From contig JAUJNO010000010.1 of assembly GCA_030448125.1 (NCBI GenBank), positions 4,472 through 68,471 of the forward strand: a stretch of DNA of 64,000 nt, given 5' to 3'. Both the position numbers and the translations under genes were made by a program. Of the stretch, positions 9,096 through 17,333 are shown piece by piece. Under the pieces are notes generated by a model that was not told the DNA's origin, did no database searches, and was given only the letters and a program-made list of their open reading frames with translations. Numbering within the stretch: the first letter of the stretch is position 1; each line of letters starts with the position of its first letter. Origin of the DNA: Rubrobacteraceae bacterium (GTDB lineage Bacteria > Actinomycetota > Rubrobacteria > Rubrobacterales > Rubrobacteraceae).

Positions 9096-9134
9096 GAACC
9101 ACTCAGGTGCTCATGACGGCTGTAGGCTGGTCAG

Positions 9135-10220
9135 TTAGCCGCGGAGAATGTCCCTGGCTCCCGCCATCGCCGTCAGCTTCCCGCTGGCGACGTCCCGGGG
9201 AAGGTGGTTCATCCCGCAGGAACTCGTGATGAGCGTCTGCTCACTTGGGAGCCATGATCCCCCCCAGTCGTTGATCCGCTCGGCCAGGGTATACGGCGTC
9301 TCGACGTTCAGATCCTGCACGTCCGCGACACCGACCGCGAGCTGCTGGTTCTTGAGATGCCCCTCATACTTGGGGGTCATGTCCCCCTCGTTCATGATGG
9401 CGTCGACCTCGAGCTGGCAGATGAGTTCGGTGGGGTATGGCTCGATGTCGAAGTAGCGGTGGCCGATCTGGCCGTCGTAGTCCTCTCCCACGGCATAGTT
9501 GCCCTGGCAGACGTGTGTCCACTTGAAGGCCCCGATGCCCTCCCAGCACTGGTTGTTGGCTTCGATAGCCGCCTCTACCTCTTCCCTCGTGATCCCCCCG
9601 ACCGCGAACAGCGGCTCGTCGAGCTGGATGTGCTTGCAGCCCGCCTCTTCCAGTTCCTTGAAGTTTTGGTTGATCACCTTCGCCAGATCCATCATCATCG
9701 CGGCGAGGTCGCCACCGTAGTGCTCGTCGTGAGCGACCTTGGCCAGCATGTGAGGGCCGGTCATGGTGACCTTCACGTTGTCGGGGTCCCTGGAGTATCT
9801 GGCGACGAAGTTGAACTCGTCGACCAGCCCGAGGTCCCCGTACTCGATGGCTCCCGTGGCCACGGCCGCCGGATGGAACACCCCCTCGTCCTTGGGCGTG
9901 ATCGGCTTGGGCCGCGTCACGATCCCGTACTCCCCGGTCGGGTCCTTTTCGAACCCGGGTATCTTCTGCCAGAAGAAGTTGAGCATCGCGTTCGGGGGGG
10001 CGTGACGGTTGTTCTGGCGCCGGTGCATCTCGCCGCCGTTGACGACGTCGATCCCGGCCGCCTCCTGGTCCAAGAGCGCGGCCTGCGTGCAACGCCACTG
10101 AGCGTCCCGCATGTCTTCCATGCTCAGCGCTCCTGCCTCGACCTGCTTCTCCAGCGTCTGGTACCAGCGCGGAAGGCTATAAGCACCTACCACGGTGGTC
10201 GTATACTTCTCGATGGCCAT
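9135..10220 (-). CDS. Cobalamin-independent methionine synthase family protein (short MetE-like, UROD/CIMS fold)
   Basis: 361 aa. Zn-ligand pattern THVCQGNY ... SSCGMNHLP. N-terminal PRWYQTLEKQVEAG is typical of single-domain MetE-like enzymes. Confidence 0.8.
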   Translation of the reverse strand: MAIEKYTTTVVGAYSLPRWYQTLEKQVEAGALSMEDMRDAQWRCTQAALLDQEAAGIDVVNGGEMHRRQNNRHAPPNAMLNFFWQKIPGFEKDPTGEYGIVTRPKPITPKDEGVFHPAAVATGAIEYGDLGLVDEFNFVARYSRDPDNVKVTMTGPHMLAKVAHDEHYGGDLAAMMMDLAKVINQNFKELEEAGCKHIQLDEPLFAVGGITREEVEAAIEANNQCWEGIGAFKWTHVCQGNYAVGEDYDGQIGHRYFDIEPYPTELICQLEVDAIMNEGDMTPKYEGHLKNQQLAVGVADVQDLNVETPYTLAERINDWGGSWLPSEQTLITSSCGMNHLPRDVASGKLTAMAGARDILRG

Positions 10221-10618
10221 CTCTTCGTCTTCTCCCTTCGCTTGCGTGGTCTAGACTGTCTCTGGAGCGCCCGCTCGGGTGTCACTGTTCTGACGATGAA
10301 ACAGCAGCGGGGCTTATGCGTTTGCTATCGAATAAGTTGCTCCTTTCCCGGAGAGCCACAATACAGTATACAGAGATACCTACGAGCTTTTTGCCGAAGG
10401 ACGTCGCGATCAGTAGGGTCCGGTAACGGAAAGCCTCGGCGCAAGAGGGTCGGTTGCGAGCCCGGCAATGCCGAACCGGGTCGGGCTTCTTGGAGTTTCG
10501 AGAGTCGGCGAAAAGGCCGAAACCCGCGAAGACGAGCGCCCGGGCGGACCAATCGCCGACGAAACAGGAGACCGGAAGCGATCCGGCATGCCCCAAACCG
10601 AACGGTCATCGAAAGATA

Positions 10619-10647
10619 GGGCCGGAGCCTCGAAGGAGTCCGGCCCC
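10619..10647 (-). terminator. Putative intrinsic terminator of the small Cys-rich gene
   Basis: On the minus strand an 8-bp stem (GGGCCGGA/TCCGGCCC) plus an inner 3-bp stem is followed by CTATCTTTCGAT. It lies about 34 nt after the stop. Confidence 0.45.
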
Positions 10648-10680
10648 GCTGATTACCGGTTACCGCGGTTCGCTCGTCCG

Positions 10681-10974
10681 CTAGATCGGCAACCCAGTGC
10701 GCTCGGACGTGTGCCAGTAGCGCCAGGGACGGCGATCGGTTTCATGGCTCTCGTCCAACACTGCGAGGACCACTTCCTCCCTGATCTCCCCCGTAGGCAC
10801 CGCCCCGCACTCGCAGCACGGCCTGCAGTCGATAACGTCCGACCTCTTCAAGGTCATACTCCTACTGCATTCACACTCCACCACGACACTCTCTGGGCGC
10901 CACCGGTAGGACTTGCCGAAGTCCTCGACTTCCTCGACGGTGTAATGACCGGCAATGCGTTCTACAACCCGCAT
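10681..10974 (-). CDS. Small Cys-rich protein (putative zinc-ribbon), unknown function
   Basis: 97 aa starting at internal ATG 10974, preceded by GGGAAAGGGAG. Contains CEC...C...CxxCCEC. The N-terminal extension of the tracked ORF is not coding-like. Confidence 0.55.
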   Translation of the reverse strand: MRVVERIAGHYTVEEVEDFGKSYRWRPESVVVECECSRSMTLKRSDVIDCRPCCECGAVPTGEIREEVVLAVLDESHETDRRPWRYWHTSERTGLPI

Positions 10975-11399
10975 CTTTCGTCTCCCTTTCCCGCTGCCTG
11001 CAGCAGACGGTATGCTGCTCTCACGTCCATCAAGGTATACCAAGCCTTCTCTGAAATGAGTAGGCCCTACGCACATAGATGCACAAGAAGCGAAGGTGAG
11101 GGACGAAGAGCAAGAGGGCAGGAGCCCCGAAGGTCCCGGAACGTTGGAACCCCAATTCCGAAGCAGTATTCCGGGGCGCACGGCTCCCCGCGGGCATGAT
11201 CGTCGCTGTCAATCGCCACCACCACCACCACCTTCTTCTCCTCCTTTTACTCCTCGGCATTGTCGGTGGCGGTTGCCTCGCCACCGCCGGTGTCCCAGAC
11301 ATAACGGCCTTCCGCCACGGGCTGGTAGTAACCCTCTCCGAGGGTTGGGGCGTAAGGCCGGTCATGCGGCCGCCGGGGAGAGTTCGGTATGATGTGGGC

Positions 11400-11891
11400 A
11401 TGATGAAGAGCGTTCGCGCTGTACTTTGGGGAATATTTCTCGCGCTCGGGGTCGGGGCACTTGTGGTGTTCGGGCTGGTCGCACCCTTGTTTACGTTCTT
11501 CTTCGGCTCGGAACTGACCTCGACGGCCCTTCCGGCGGTCGTCGTGATCTTCGCCGCGGCCTTCTCCTTCTATTGGGGCGGCATGATCGCCTCGTACAAG
11601 GCGCCATCGCGCCGCCGGTTGCACGGCGTGCTGGTCGGGGTGGCGTCGTTCGCGATCTCACCCCTCGTCAACCTCGTCGCTCCAGACGTCACCGTCCGCG
11701 GTGGTGACCCCTTCGCCAACCTGCGCACCCCGGAAGCCCTGCTCTTCACCGGCGTGCTGCTGGTCGTAGTCCTCGCGGCCTCTTACATAGGGGCGCGCCG
11801 GGGCGAGAGGCTGTTCGCCTACAACCAAGCCGTGATCCGCAGGCAGAGGACCCGAAAGGCCCGAGAACGCCTCTCGGAAGGGGAGGAGTGA
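11400..11891 (+). CDS. Hypothetical integral membrane protein (4 predicted TM segments)
   Basis: Starts at MMKSVRAVLWGIFLALGVGALVV. The part of the tracked ORF upstream of 11400 is low-complexity (HHHHHLLLLLLLL) and is not counted as coding. Confidence 0.55.
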   Translation: MMKSVRAVLWGIFLALGVGALVVFGLVAPLFTFFFGSELTSTALPAVVVIFAAAFSFYWGGMIASYKAPSRRRLHGVLVGVASFAISPLVNLVAPDVTVRGGDPFANLRTPEALLFTGVLLVVVLAASYIGARRGERLFAYNQAVIRRQRTRKARERLSEGEE

Positions 11892-11985
11892 GGCACGACG
11901 AGGTGATACTCGGGGCTACTCGGACGACACACCGTAGCGTGGGGGTTTCTCCTTTGGCCGAGAGCCGACGGCGGTTAGCTGAGCG

Positions 11986-13974
11986 CTAAAAAGCCTGTAT
12001 GCCCAGGATCAGGCGTCCCCGGGCGTCCATGCGGGCGTTGGGCTCGGGGCACTTTATCTCGTGGGGATCGTCGCCGGTCCCGATCAGGTAAACCCGCGGC
12101 TCTTCGACACCCTCGGTGGGGTCGGAGACGTAGCGGCGCCAGGCCATCTCGCCCCAGACGAACGTGATGACGGGCTTTCTGGTCGGCGAGTCGGGGCCGC
12201 CGTCGGCGCCGACGTTTACCTTCGGCAGGCCCAGGGCCTTGGAGATAGAGGCCACGGTGCGCGTGTGCTCGCTCGCGTTGAACAACGAGATGCCGGACCG
12301 GAGGCGCTGCTCGGGGTTCGAGACCTTCTTCAGCCCCTCCAGGGCCTCCTCCAGTTCCCGAGCGCGCCGCCCGTTCTCTTCTTCGGCCTCCCGCAACCGC
12401 GCCTCCAGATCCGCGGCCCGCTCCTCGGCCAGAAGCCGCGCCGCGTCCGCCTCCTCGAAGCGCCCTTCGAGGTCTTCCACGGCTGCCCGTTCCGCCTCTC
12501 CGTCGTCCTGCCGCCTCTCCTCACTCGCGGCGGACGCTTCGGCGGGCCCTTCGGCGAGCGCTTCGAGCGTCTCCCGCAGCTCGGCCTCGAGCGCCCCCGA
12601 CTCCTCCAGGGCGTCCTGGAGCTCCGCGACGCGGTCCTCGAGGCGGGCCCTCTCCTCCTCCGCCTCCGCGAGTCGCCGCTCCAGCTCCTTCTCGGCGGTA
12701 CCCTTCTCCGCGACTCCCCCGCGCTCCAGGTCCGACAACCGCTCTCCGTAGAGACGGGCTTCGGAGTCCCGACGCGCCCGCAGGCCCTCGATGCGCTCCT
12801 GGAGGTCCGCCACCTCCGATTTGTGGCGCTCCTCCTCGGCGGCGAGGCGGTCCCCGAGGTCCCGGCGCACCTTCTCGAGCTCCCCGGAGTACCGCTCCTT
12901 CAAAGTGTCATTGTCCGCCTCCCTCTGGGCCTTGAGGGCCGCGACGCGGCGCTCCGCCGCCTCCTTCTCCTCCGCGAGACGCGCCGCCTGCGTCCGCCTG
13001 AGCTCGCGCTCGCGTCCCTCGGCCAGGCTTTTGACCTCTTTGAGGTCCTTCCTACGCCGCTCCTCGGCCGCGGTAGCCGTCTTCTCCATCTCCAGCCTGA
13101 GCTCCTCGACCTCGACCTGGCGGCCCTCGATAGCCGAGCCAAGCTCCTTCTGAAGCTCTAGCTCCCGGCTCGCCGCGGCGCTCCTCAGAGCATGGAGCTC
13201 CGCCTCGTGACGCTCCCGTTCCGCGCGCTGCTCCTCGTCGCGCCTCCGGTCGAACTCCTCCCGGATCGTCCGCTCTAGTTCGATCTTCTGTCCCTCGGCC
13301 CCCGTGCGCAGGGCCTCTATCTCCCCCTGGAGCGTCTCGACCTCCTCGCGGTTGGCCTCTCGCAGGGCCTCGACCTCGGCGCGACGCTCCTCCCTGAGCG
13401 CCTCGACCTCGATAGCGTGGTCCCTCTGGAGCTCCTCGATCTCCGCGTCGTGGCGCTCTTCGAGTTCCCGGTAACCGTCCCGAAGCTGCTCTTCCCACTG
13501 CTGGGCCGCCCGTTTGAGCTCCTCGATCTCTTCCTTGTGGCGTTCCTCGAGGGCCGCGCGCTCCTTGCGGGACTCTTCCCTCAAAGTGCCGATCTTGCCA
13601 TCCGCCTCGACCGCCGCGACTTCGGTGCGCCTGAGCTCTTCGAACTCCTCCCGCAGGGCTGCTACCTCCGCGATGTGCCGGTTGCGCAGGCGTAGCTGCT
13701 CATCGGCGCTCCGCTGCCGGAGGTCGACGAGCTCTTCCCGAAGGGCCCGCGCTTCTTCGACAGCGTTCATCCGCGTACGCTCGCTCTCCTCGAGGTTCTC
13801 GAGGGCCTGGCCTCGCGTCGCTACCTCCTCCCGGGCCGCCCGCAAGGCTCCACCGGCCCGCTCGAGGTCCCGGCGCAGGTCCTCCACCTCTCCCTCCAGG
13901 CTCTTGATGAGCTCGTCGGCGGCCCGCATCTGCTCCTCCAACTCCCGCGTTGGCTCCCGATACTCCTCGCTCAC
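11986..13974 (-). CDS. Large E/R/A-rich coiled-coil protein with an unknown C-terminal globular domain of about 110 aa
   Basis: 662 aa. About 540 aa of near-continuous heptad-like charged sequence (EIEELKR..., EVEALRE...), followed by SLFNASEHTRTVASISKALGLPKVNV...ITFVWGEMAWRRYV. GTG start with AAGGGG upstream. Confidence 0.7.
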   Translation of the reverse strand: MSEEYREPTRELEEQMRAADELIKSLEGEVEDLRRDLERAGGALRAAREEVATRGQALENLEESERTRMNAVEEARALREELVDLRQRSADEQLRLRNRHIAEVAALREEFEELRRTEVAAVEADGKIGTLREESRKERAALEERHKEEIEELKRAAQQWEEQLRDGYRELEERHDAEIEELQRDHAIEVEALREERRAEVEALREANREEVETLQGEIEALRTGAEGQKIELERTIREEFDRRRDEEQRAERERHEAELHALRSAAASRELELQKELGSAIEGRQVEVEELRLEMEKTATAAEERRRKDLKEVKSLAEGRERELRRTQAARLAEEKEAAERRVAALKAQREADNDTLKERYSGELEKVRRDLGDRLAAEEERHKSEVADLQERIEGLRARRDSEARLYGERLSDLERGGVAEKGTAEKELERRLAEAEEERARLEDRVAELQDALEESGALEAELRETLEALAEGPAEASAASEERRQDDGEAERAAVEDLEGRFEEADAARLLAEERAADLEARLREAEEENGRRARELEEALEGLKKVSNPEQRLRSGISLFNASEHTRTVASISKALGLPKVNVGADGGPDSPTRKPVITFVWGEMAWRRYVSDPTEGVEEPRVYLIGTGDDPHEIKCPEPNARMDARGRLILGIQAF

Positions 13975-14287
13975 GCAGATCCCCTTACCACGGTTCTGCC
14001 GCCCGTCGAGCCGCGTTGTTCGTTACGCAAATACACCCCGCTGATAGAGTACCCTTTTAGCGTCCCCAGGTAAAGTATTGTTCTCATCGTATCCCTCTCC
14101 GCACGAAGAAGGCGTCGCCGGGGGCACACCGGGGCGAGACCGGACACAACGGTCCGGAGCCTTCGGAGACGCCCTATTGCGTGCTCGTAACCGCACCGTG
14201 GTGCGCCAGGGTGTCCGGTGTAGTACCCTCCGAAGCCAGGACAAGGGACAGGAAGAGTGCTTCCGGTACGAAAGGGGATAGGGGTTC

Positions 14288-14662
14288 GTGGCTCAGGAAA
14301 ACGACGAGAGGTCCAGGCTCGTCAAACTAGAAGACTTCGATGGCGAGCTCGAAGAGCCGTGGCAGGACGTTCAGGGTCTAAAGGTCTTCGATAAGAACGG
14401 CGACGAGGTCGGGACCGTGGAGGACCTCTACGTCTACGAAGACGCGCAGGCGGTTCACCTCCTCAAGGTCGCTGGCGACGAGGGGCCTTTCCTCATCCCG
14501 GTCGATGCGGTCACCAGCGCGAGCGAGGATGGGGTAAACGTGGAACAGGATAAAGACGTGATCTCGGGCTCCCCAGAGTTCGACTCTGAGGATGTGCCCG
14601 ACCTCGAGACCAGCCGCGCGGCCTACGAACACTTCGGGTACCCGGATCAACTCGCCCTATAA
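14288..14662 (+). CDS. PRC-barrel domain protein
   Basis: LKVFDKNGDEVGTVEDLYV.......LLKV......FLIPVDAV pattern. Acidic, 124 aa. Confidence 0.65.
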   Translation: MAQENDERSRLVKLEDFDGELEEPWQDVQGLKVFDKNGDEVGTVEDLYVYEDAQAVHLLKVAGDEGPFLIPVDAVTSASEDGVNVEQDKDVISGSPEFDSEDVPDLETSRAAYEHFGYPDQLAL

Positions 14663-14790
14663 GCGTACATCCGCCCGGCCCCGGTTCCTTCGCGTGCATC
14701 CCGAGCGCCGGCCGGGACAATGTCCCGGTACCTTCTAGGACTAATGTCCTATGTACGGGCGTCTTCGGAAGGAGTAGAGTAGCTCTTAGA

Positions 14791-14833
14791 CCGGGCTGGC
14801 AAGATTACCCCCCTCCTGAGAAGCCCAGCCCGG
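14791..14833. terminator. Candidate bidirectional terminator between convergent genes
   Basis: CCGGGCTGG / CCAGCCCGG forms a 9-bp stem (25-nt loop), followed by CTCTTCTT on the plus strand. Two shorter perfect hairpins lie at 14712-14728 and 14736-14751. Confidence 0.4.
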
Positions 14834-14852
14834 CTCTTCTTGCCTTCGGGCC

Positions 14853-15284
14853 CTAGTTCTCCGACCGGCAGATCGGGCAGACGCCCTCGATGACGAGGGA
14901 CGCGCTGGTGACCTCGTAGGGTGTGTTCTCCCGGATGCGTGCCGCGAAGTCCTCGAACTCGACGCCGGTTATCTCGGCGACCTCGCCGCACCTGGTGCAT
15001 CGAATGTCGTGGTGGGGATCCGTGTTGAGGTCGTAACGAACCGGCGATTCCGACCAGTGCTTCGCCTCGATCAGGCCGATCTCCTCCAGGACCGAGAGCG
15101 CCTGGTAGACCGTGCCCAGGGCCACCTTGGGGTTCCTCTTCTTGACGACGAGATAGACCTCCTCGGCCGACGGGTGCCCCTTGAAGTCCTTGAGAGCCTC
15201 GAGTACGGCCCGGCGCTGGGACGTCAGGGTGTAGCCCGAACGCCGGAACCTCTCTCGCACGTCACTCTCGAGCGCGCTTACCAT
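14853..15284 (-). CDS. Fur-family transcriptional regulator
   Basis: Winged-helix N-terminus (SQRRAVLEAL...HPSAEEVY), HHDIRCTRCGEV and C-terminal CPIC metal sites. Confidence 0.85.
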   Translation of the reverse strand: MVSALESDVRERFRRSGYTLTSQRRAVLEALKDFKGHPSAEEVYLVVKKRNPKVALGTVYQALSVLEEIGLIEAKHWSESPVRYDLNTDPHHDIRCTRCGEVAEITGVEFEDFAARIRENTPYEVTSASLVIEGVCPICRSEN

Positions 15285-15366
15285 ATCTCTTCCCTTGCAT
15301 TAATAACCATTCTTGAAAAAGTTTATCACACCCCGGCGTAGGGCCGGGGTGTAGCATAATCGGGGT

Positions 15367-17052
15367 ATGAGCCTATTAATAAGCACCCTGGTCAACTTCC
15401 TGCGCTTCTTGCGCAACGCCCGCCGTGCTCTCCGGCGCCCCCCGGATTTCGTCTGGATCCCCGTGACCGGCGCGCTCCCAGAGTTCGAGCCGTCGAGACG
15501 GGGGCTGCTCCGGCGTCGCCTCGACCCCCGAACCCTCGCCCCGAGCCTCGAAAGCATCCGGTCGCGCCTCGACCGCATCCTCGCCGACGGACGAGCCCGC
15601 GGCGTGATCCTCCGCGTCGAGAACCTCGACGCCGGTTGGGCCACCCTCGAAGAGCTGCGCGCCGAGCTGCACCGGTTCAGGTCCAGAGGCAAAAAAGTCG
15701 CGGCGTATCTCATAGACCCGGACACCCGCTCCTACTATCTGGCCTCCGCGGCGGACGAGATCTTCGCCTCACCGCTCTCGACGCTGAACGTCGTGGGCCT
15801 GCGCGCCCGCGTCAACTTCCTCAAGGACGCCCTCGGTCGCCTGGGCCTCGAGACCGAGGTCATCGCCGTCTCGCCTTATAAGAGCGCCAGTGACCCCATC
15901 TCTCGCTCCGACTTCTCCCCGGAGGCGCGCGAGCAGGTCGAGAGGCTCCTCGACGCCCGCTTCGACGAGCTAATAACCGTGATCTCTGCTGGACGCGACA
16001 TACCACCCGAGGAGGTTCGGGCCCTCATTGACCGCGCTCCTTATCCCGCCGCCGAAGCTGCGCGAAAGAAGCTCATCGACGGTGCGCTCTACGAGGACGA
16101 GTTGTCTAGTAGGCTCTCCGGCGGCGCGAAGCCCGCGAAGCTCGCGGAGTGGGGGGTAGCGAGCAAGGCGCTGCGCATCCAGTATAGGAAGAGGGCGCGT
16201 AAGGCCGTGGGGCTGGTGCGCGTCGAGGGAACGATAGTGCGGGGGAGGAGCCGCAAGCTTCCGTTGCCGCTGCCCCTTCTCGGGCGCGAGCAGGCTGGGA
16301 GCGACTCGGTAGTCGCGGCGCTGCGCGTAGCCGAGAAGAGCCGCCGCGTGGGCGCGGTCCTACTCCACGTCGACTCCCCCGGCGGCGACGCTCTGGCCTC
16401 CGACCTGATCTGGCGCGAGGTCGAGCGCATCCGCGCCAAAAAGCCCGTCGTCGTCCTCATGGGGAACGCGGCGGCCTCGGGTGGCTACTACGTCTCGGCG
16501 GCGGCGAACCACGTGGTCGCCCGCAAGAACACCATCACCGGCTCGATCGGGGTGATCCTCACCCGCCCCGTGGCCGCCGGTCTCTTCGGCCAGCTAGGCA
16601 TCAACCCGGTCACCGTCGAACGCGGCCGCCGCTCCGACCTCCTCGACCCGCGCCGCCGTCCCTCCCCCGACGAGCTGGCCGTCCTTAGAGGCCAACTCAA
16701 CGTGTTCTACGACGGGTTCAAGGATCGCGTCGCCTCGGGCCGGGGTCTGCAAGCGGATGCTCTGGAAGAGATCGCCGGCGGACGAGTCTGGACCGGCGCC
16801 GAGGCGCTCGGGCTGGGCCTCGTGGACGAGACCGGCGGCTTCCGCGCCGCCCTCGAAAAGGCCCGAGAGCTCGTGGGGATTACCGAAGAAGATTCCGGAG
16901 CGTTGGTCAAGATTTCGCCGCCCGGCGGCTCCCGTCCGGCACCCGGAGAGTCCGTTCGGGAGGCCGTGGACGCCACGTGCGACGCCTTCCGAGAACTGGG
17001 CGTGGCCCGCGTCTGGGTGCTGGCGCCGTACGAGATCTCCGACGACTGGTAG
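15367..17052 (+). CDS. sppA: Signal peptide peptidase SppA (S49 family)
   Basis: 561 aa. Two S49 repeats. GNAAASGGYY catalytic-Ser motif, and VDSPGG. Confidence 0.85.
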   Translation: MSLLISTLVNFLRFLRNARRALRRPPDFVWIPVTGALPEFEPSRRGLLRRRLDPRTLAPSLESIRSRLDRILADGRARGVILRVENLDAGWATLEELRAELHRFRSRGKKVAAYLIDPDTRSYYLASAADEIFASPLSTLNVVGLRARVNFLKDALGRLGLETEVIAVSPYKSASDPISRSDFSPEAREQVERLLDARFDELITVISAGRDIPPEEVRALIDRAPYPAAEAARKKLIDGALYEDELSSRLSGGAKPAKLAEWGVASKALRIQYRKRARKAVGLVRVEGTIVRGRSRKLPLPLPLLGREQAGSDSVVAALRVAEKSRRVGAVLLHVDSPGGDALASDLIWREVERIRAKKPVVVLMGNAAASGGYYVSAAANHVVARKNTITGSIGVILTRPVAAGLFGQLGINPVTVERGRRSDLLDPRRRPSPDELAVLRGQLNVFYDGFKDRVASGRGLQADALEEIAGGRVWTGAEALGLGLVDETGGFRAALEKARELVGITEEDSGALVKISPPGGSRPAPGESVREAVDATCDAFRELGVARVWVLAPYEISDDW

Positions 17053-17095
17053 GATCTATGCGGGCATGGATCACGTACGGAGGTGAAGCGTAACG

Positions 17096-17305
17096 ATGCG
17101 CGATCCCGCATTGGCAGCGGTTCTCAGCGCACTAATCCCCGGAGTCGGGCAGCTCTACAACGGCCGCATCCTGGCCGGTATCCTATGGCTCATCGTCACA
17201 CCGGGCTTCTGGATCGGCACGGGCGGCACGCTCGGTTGGATCTGCCACGTCGTCTCCGCCTACACCGCTTACTCGTACGCCCGCGATCACCGCGTGCGCA
17301 CTTGA
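17096..17305 (+). CDS. Small two-TM membrane protein with GxGQxYNG motif
   Basis: 69 aa. LIPGVGQLYNGR is followed by two hydrophobic helices. Confidence 0.5.
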   Translation: MRDPALAAVLSALIPGVGQLYNGRILAGILWLIVTPGFWIGTGGTLGWICHVVSAYTAYSYARDHRVRT

Positions 17306-17333
17306 AGCTCGACTCGTCTCGATCAGCGGCCTC

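Noticed and set aside
8966-9134. ORF fragment MKHAEKQRIREARERTGWG..., and the protein-like upstream translation (EWFGHPRPGGGPAKE)
   Set aside because: The sequence is largely the translation of the GC-rich terminator hairpin (9071-9095) and runs out of frame across the MetE-like remnant. It has no RBS and no family resemblance.
10564-10578. ACAGGAGACCGGAAG, which resembles the B12-box of cobalamin riboswitches, near the MetE-like gene
   Set aside because: It lies on the plus strand, which is the wrong strand to regulate the minus-strand gene. The other conserved riboswitch cores (GGGAA...GGTG..AA.CC...CCCGCCACTG) are not present at appropriate spacing on either strand.
12061-13161. 366-aa plus-strand ORF, and several other long ORFs (12164-12751, 12791-13153, 13514-14044), opposite the coiled-coil gene
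   Set aside because: They are mirror-image products of the GAG/CGC/GCC-rich coiled-coil coding strand. They are L/P/R/S/G-rich and low-complexity, and have no start context. The minus-strand frame has the coherent protein.
15309-15316. The octamer ATTCTTGA is shared by the upstream regions of both Fur-family genes (also at 22177-22184); considered as a possible common Fur box
   Set aside because: A single shared 8-mer between two ~100-nt AT-richer regions is expected by chance at appreciable frequency. Neither site forms a convincing 7-1-7 or 19-bp palindrome.
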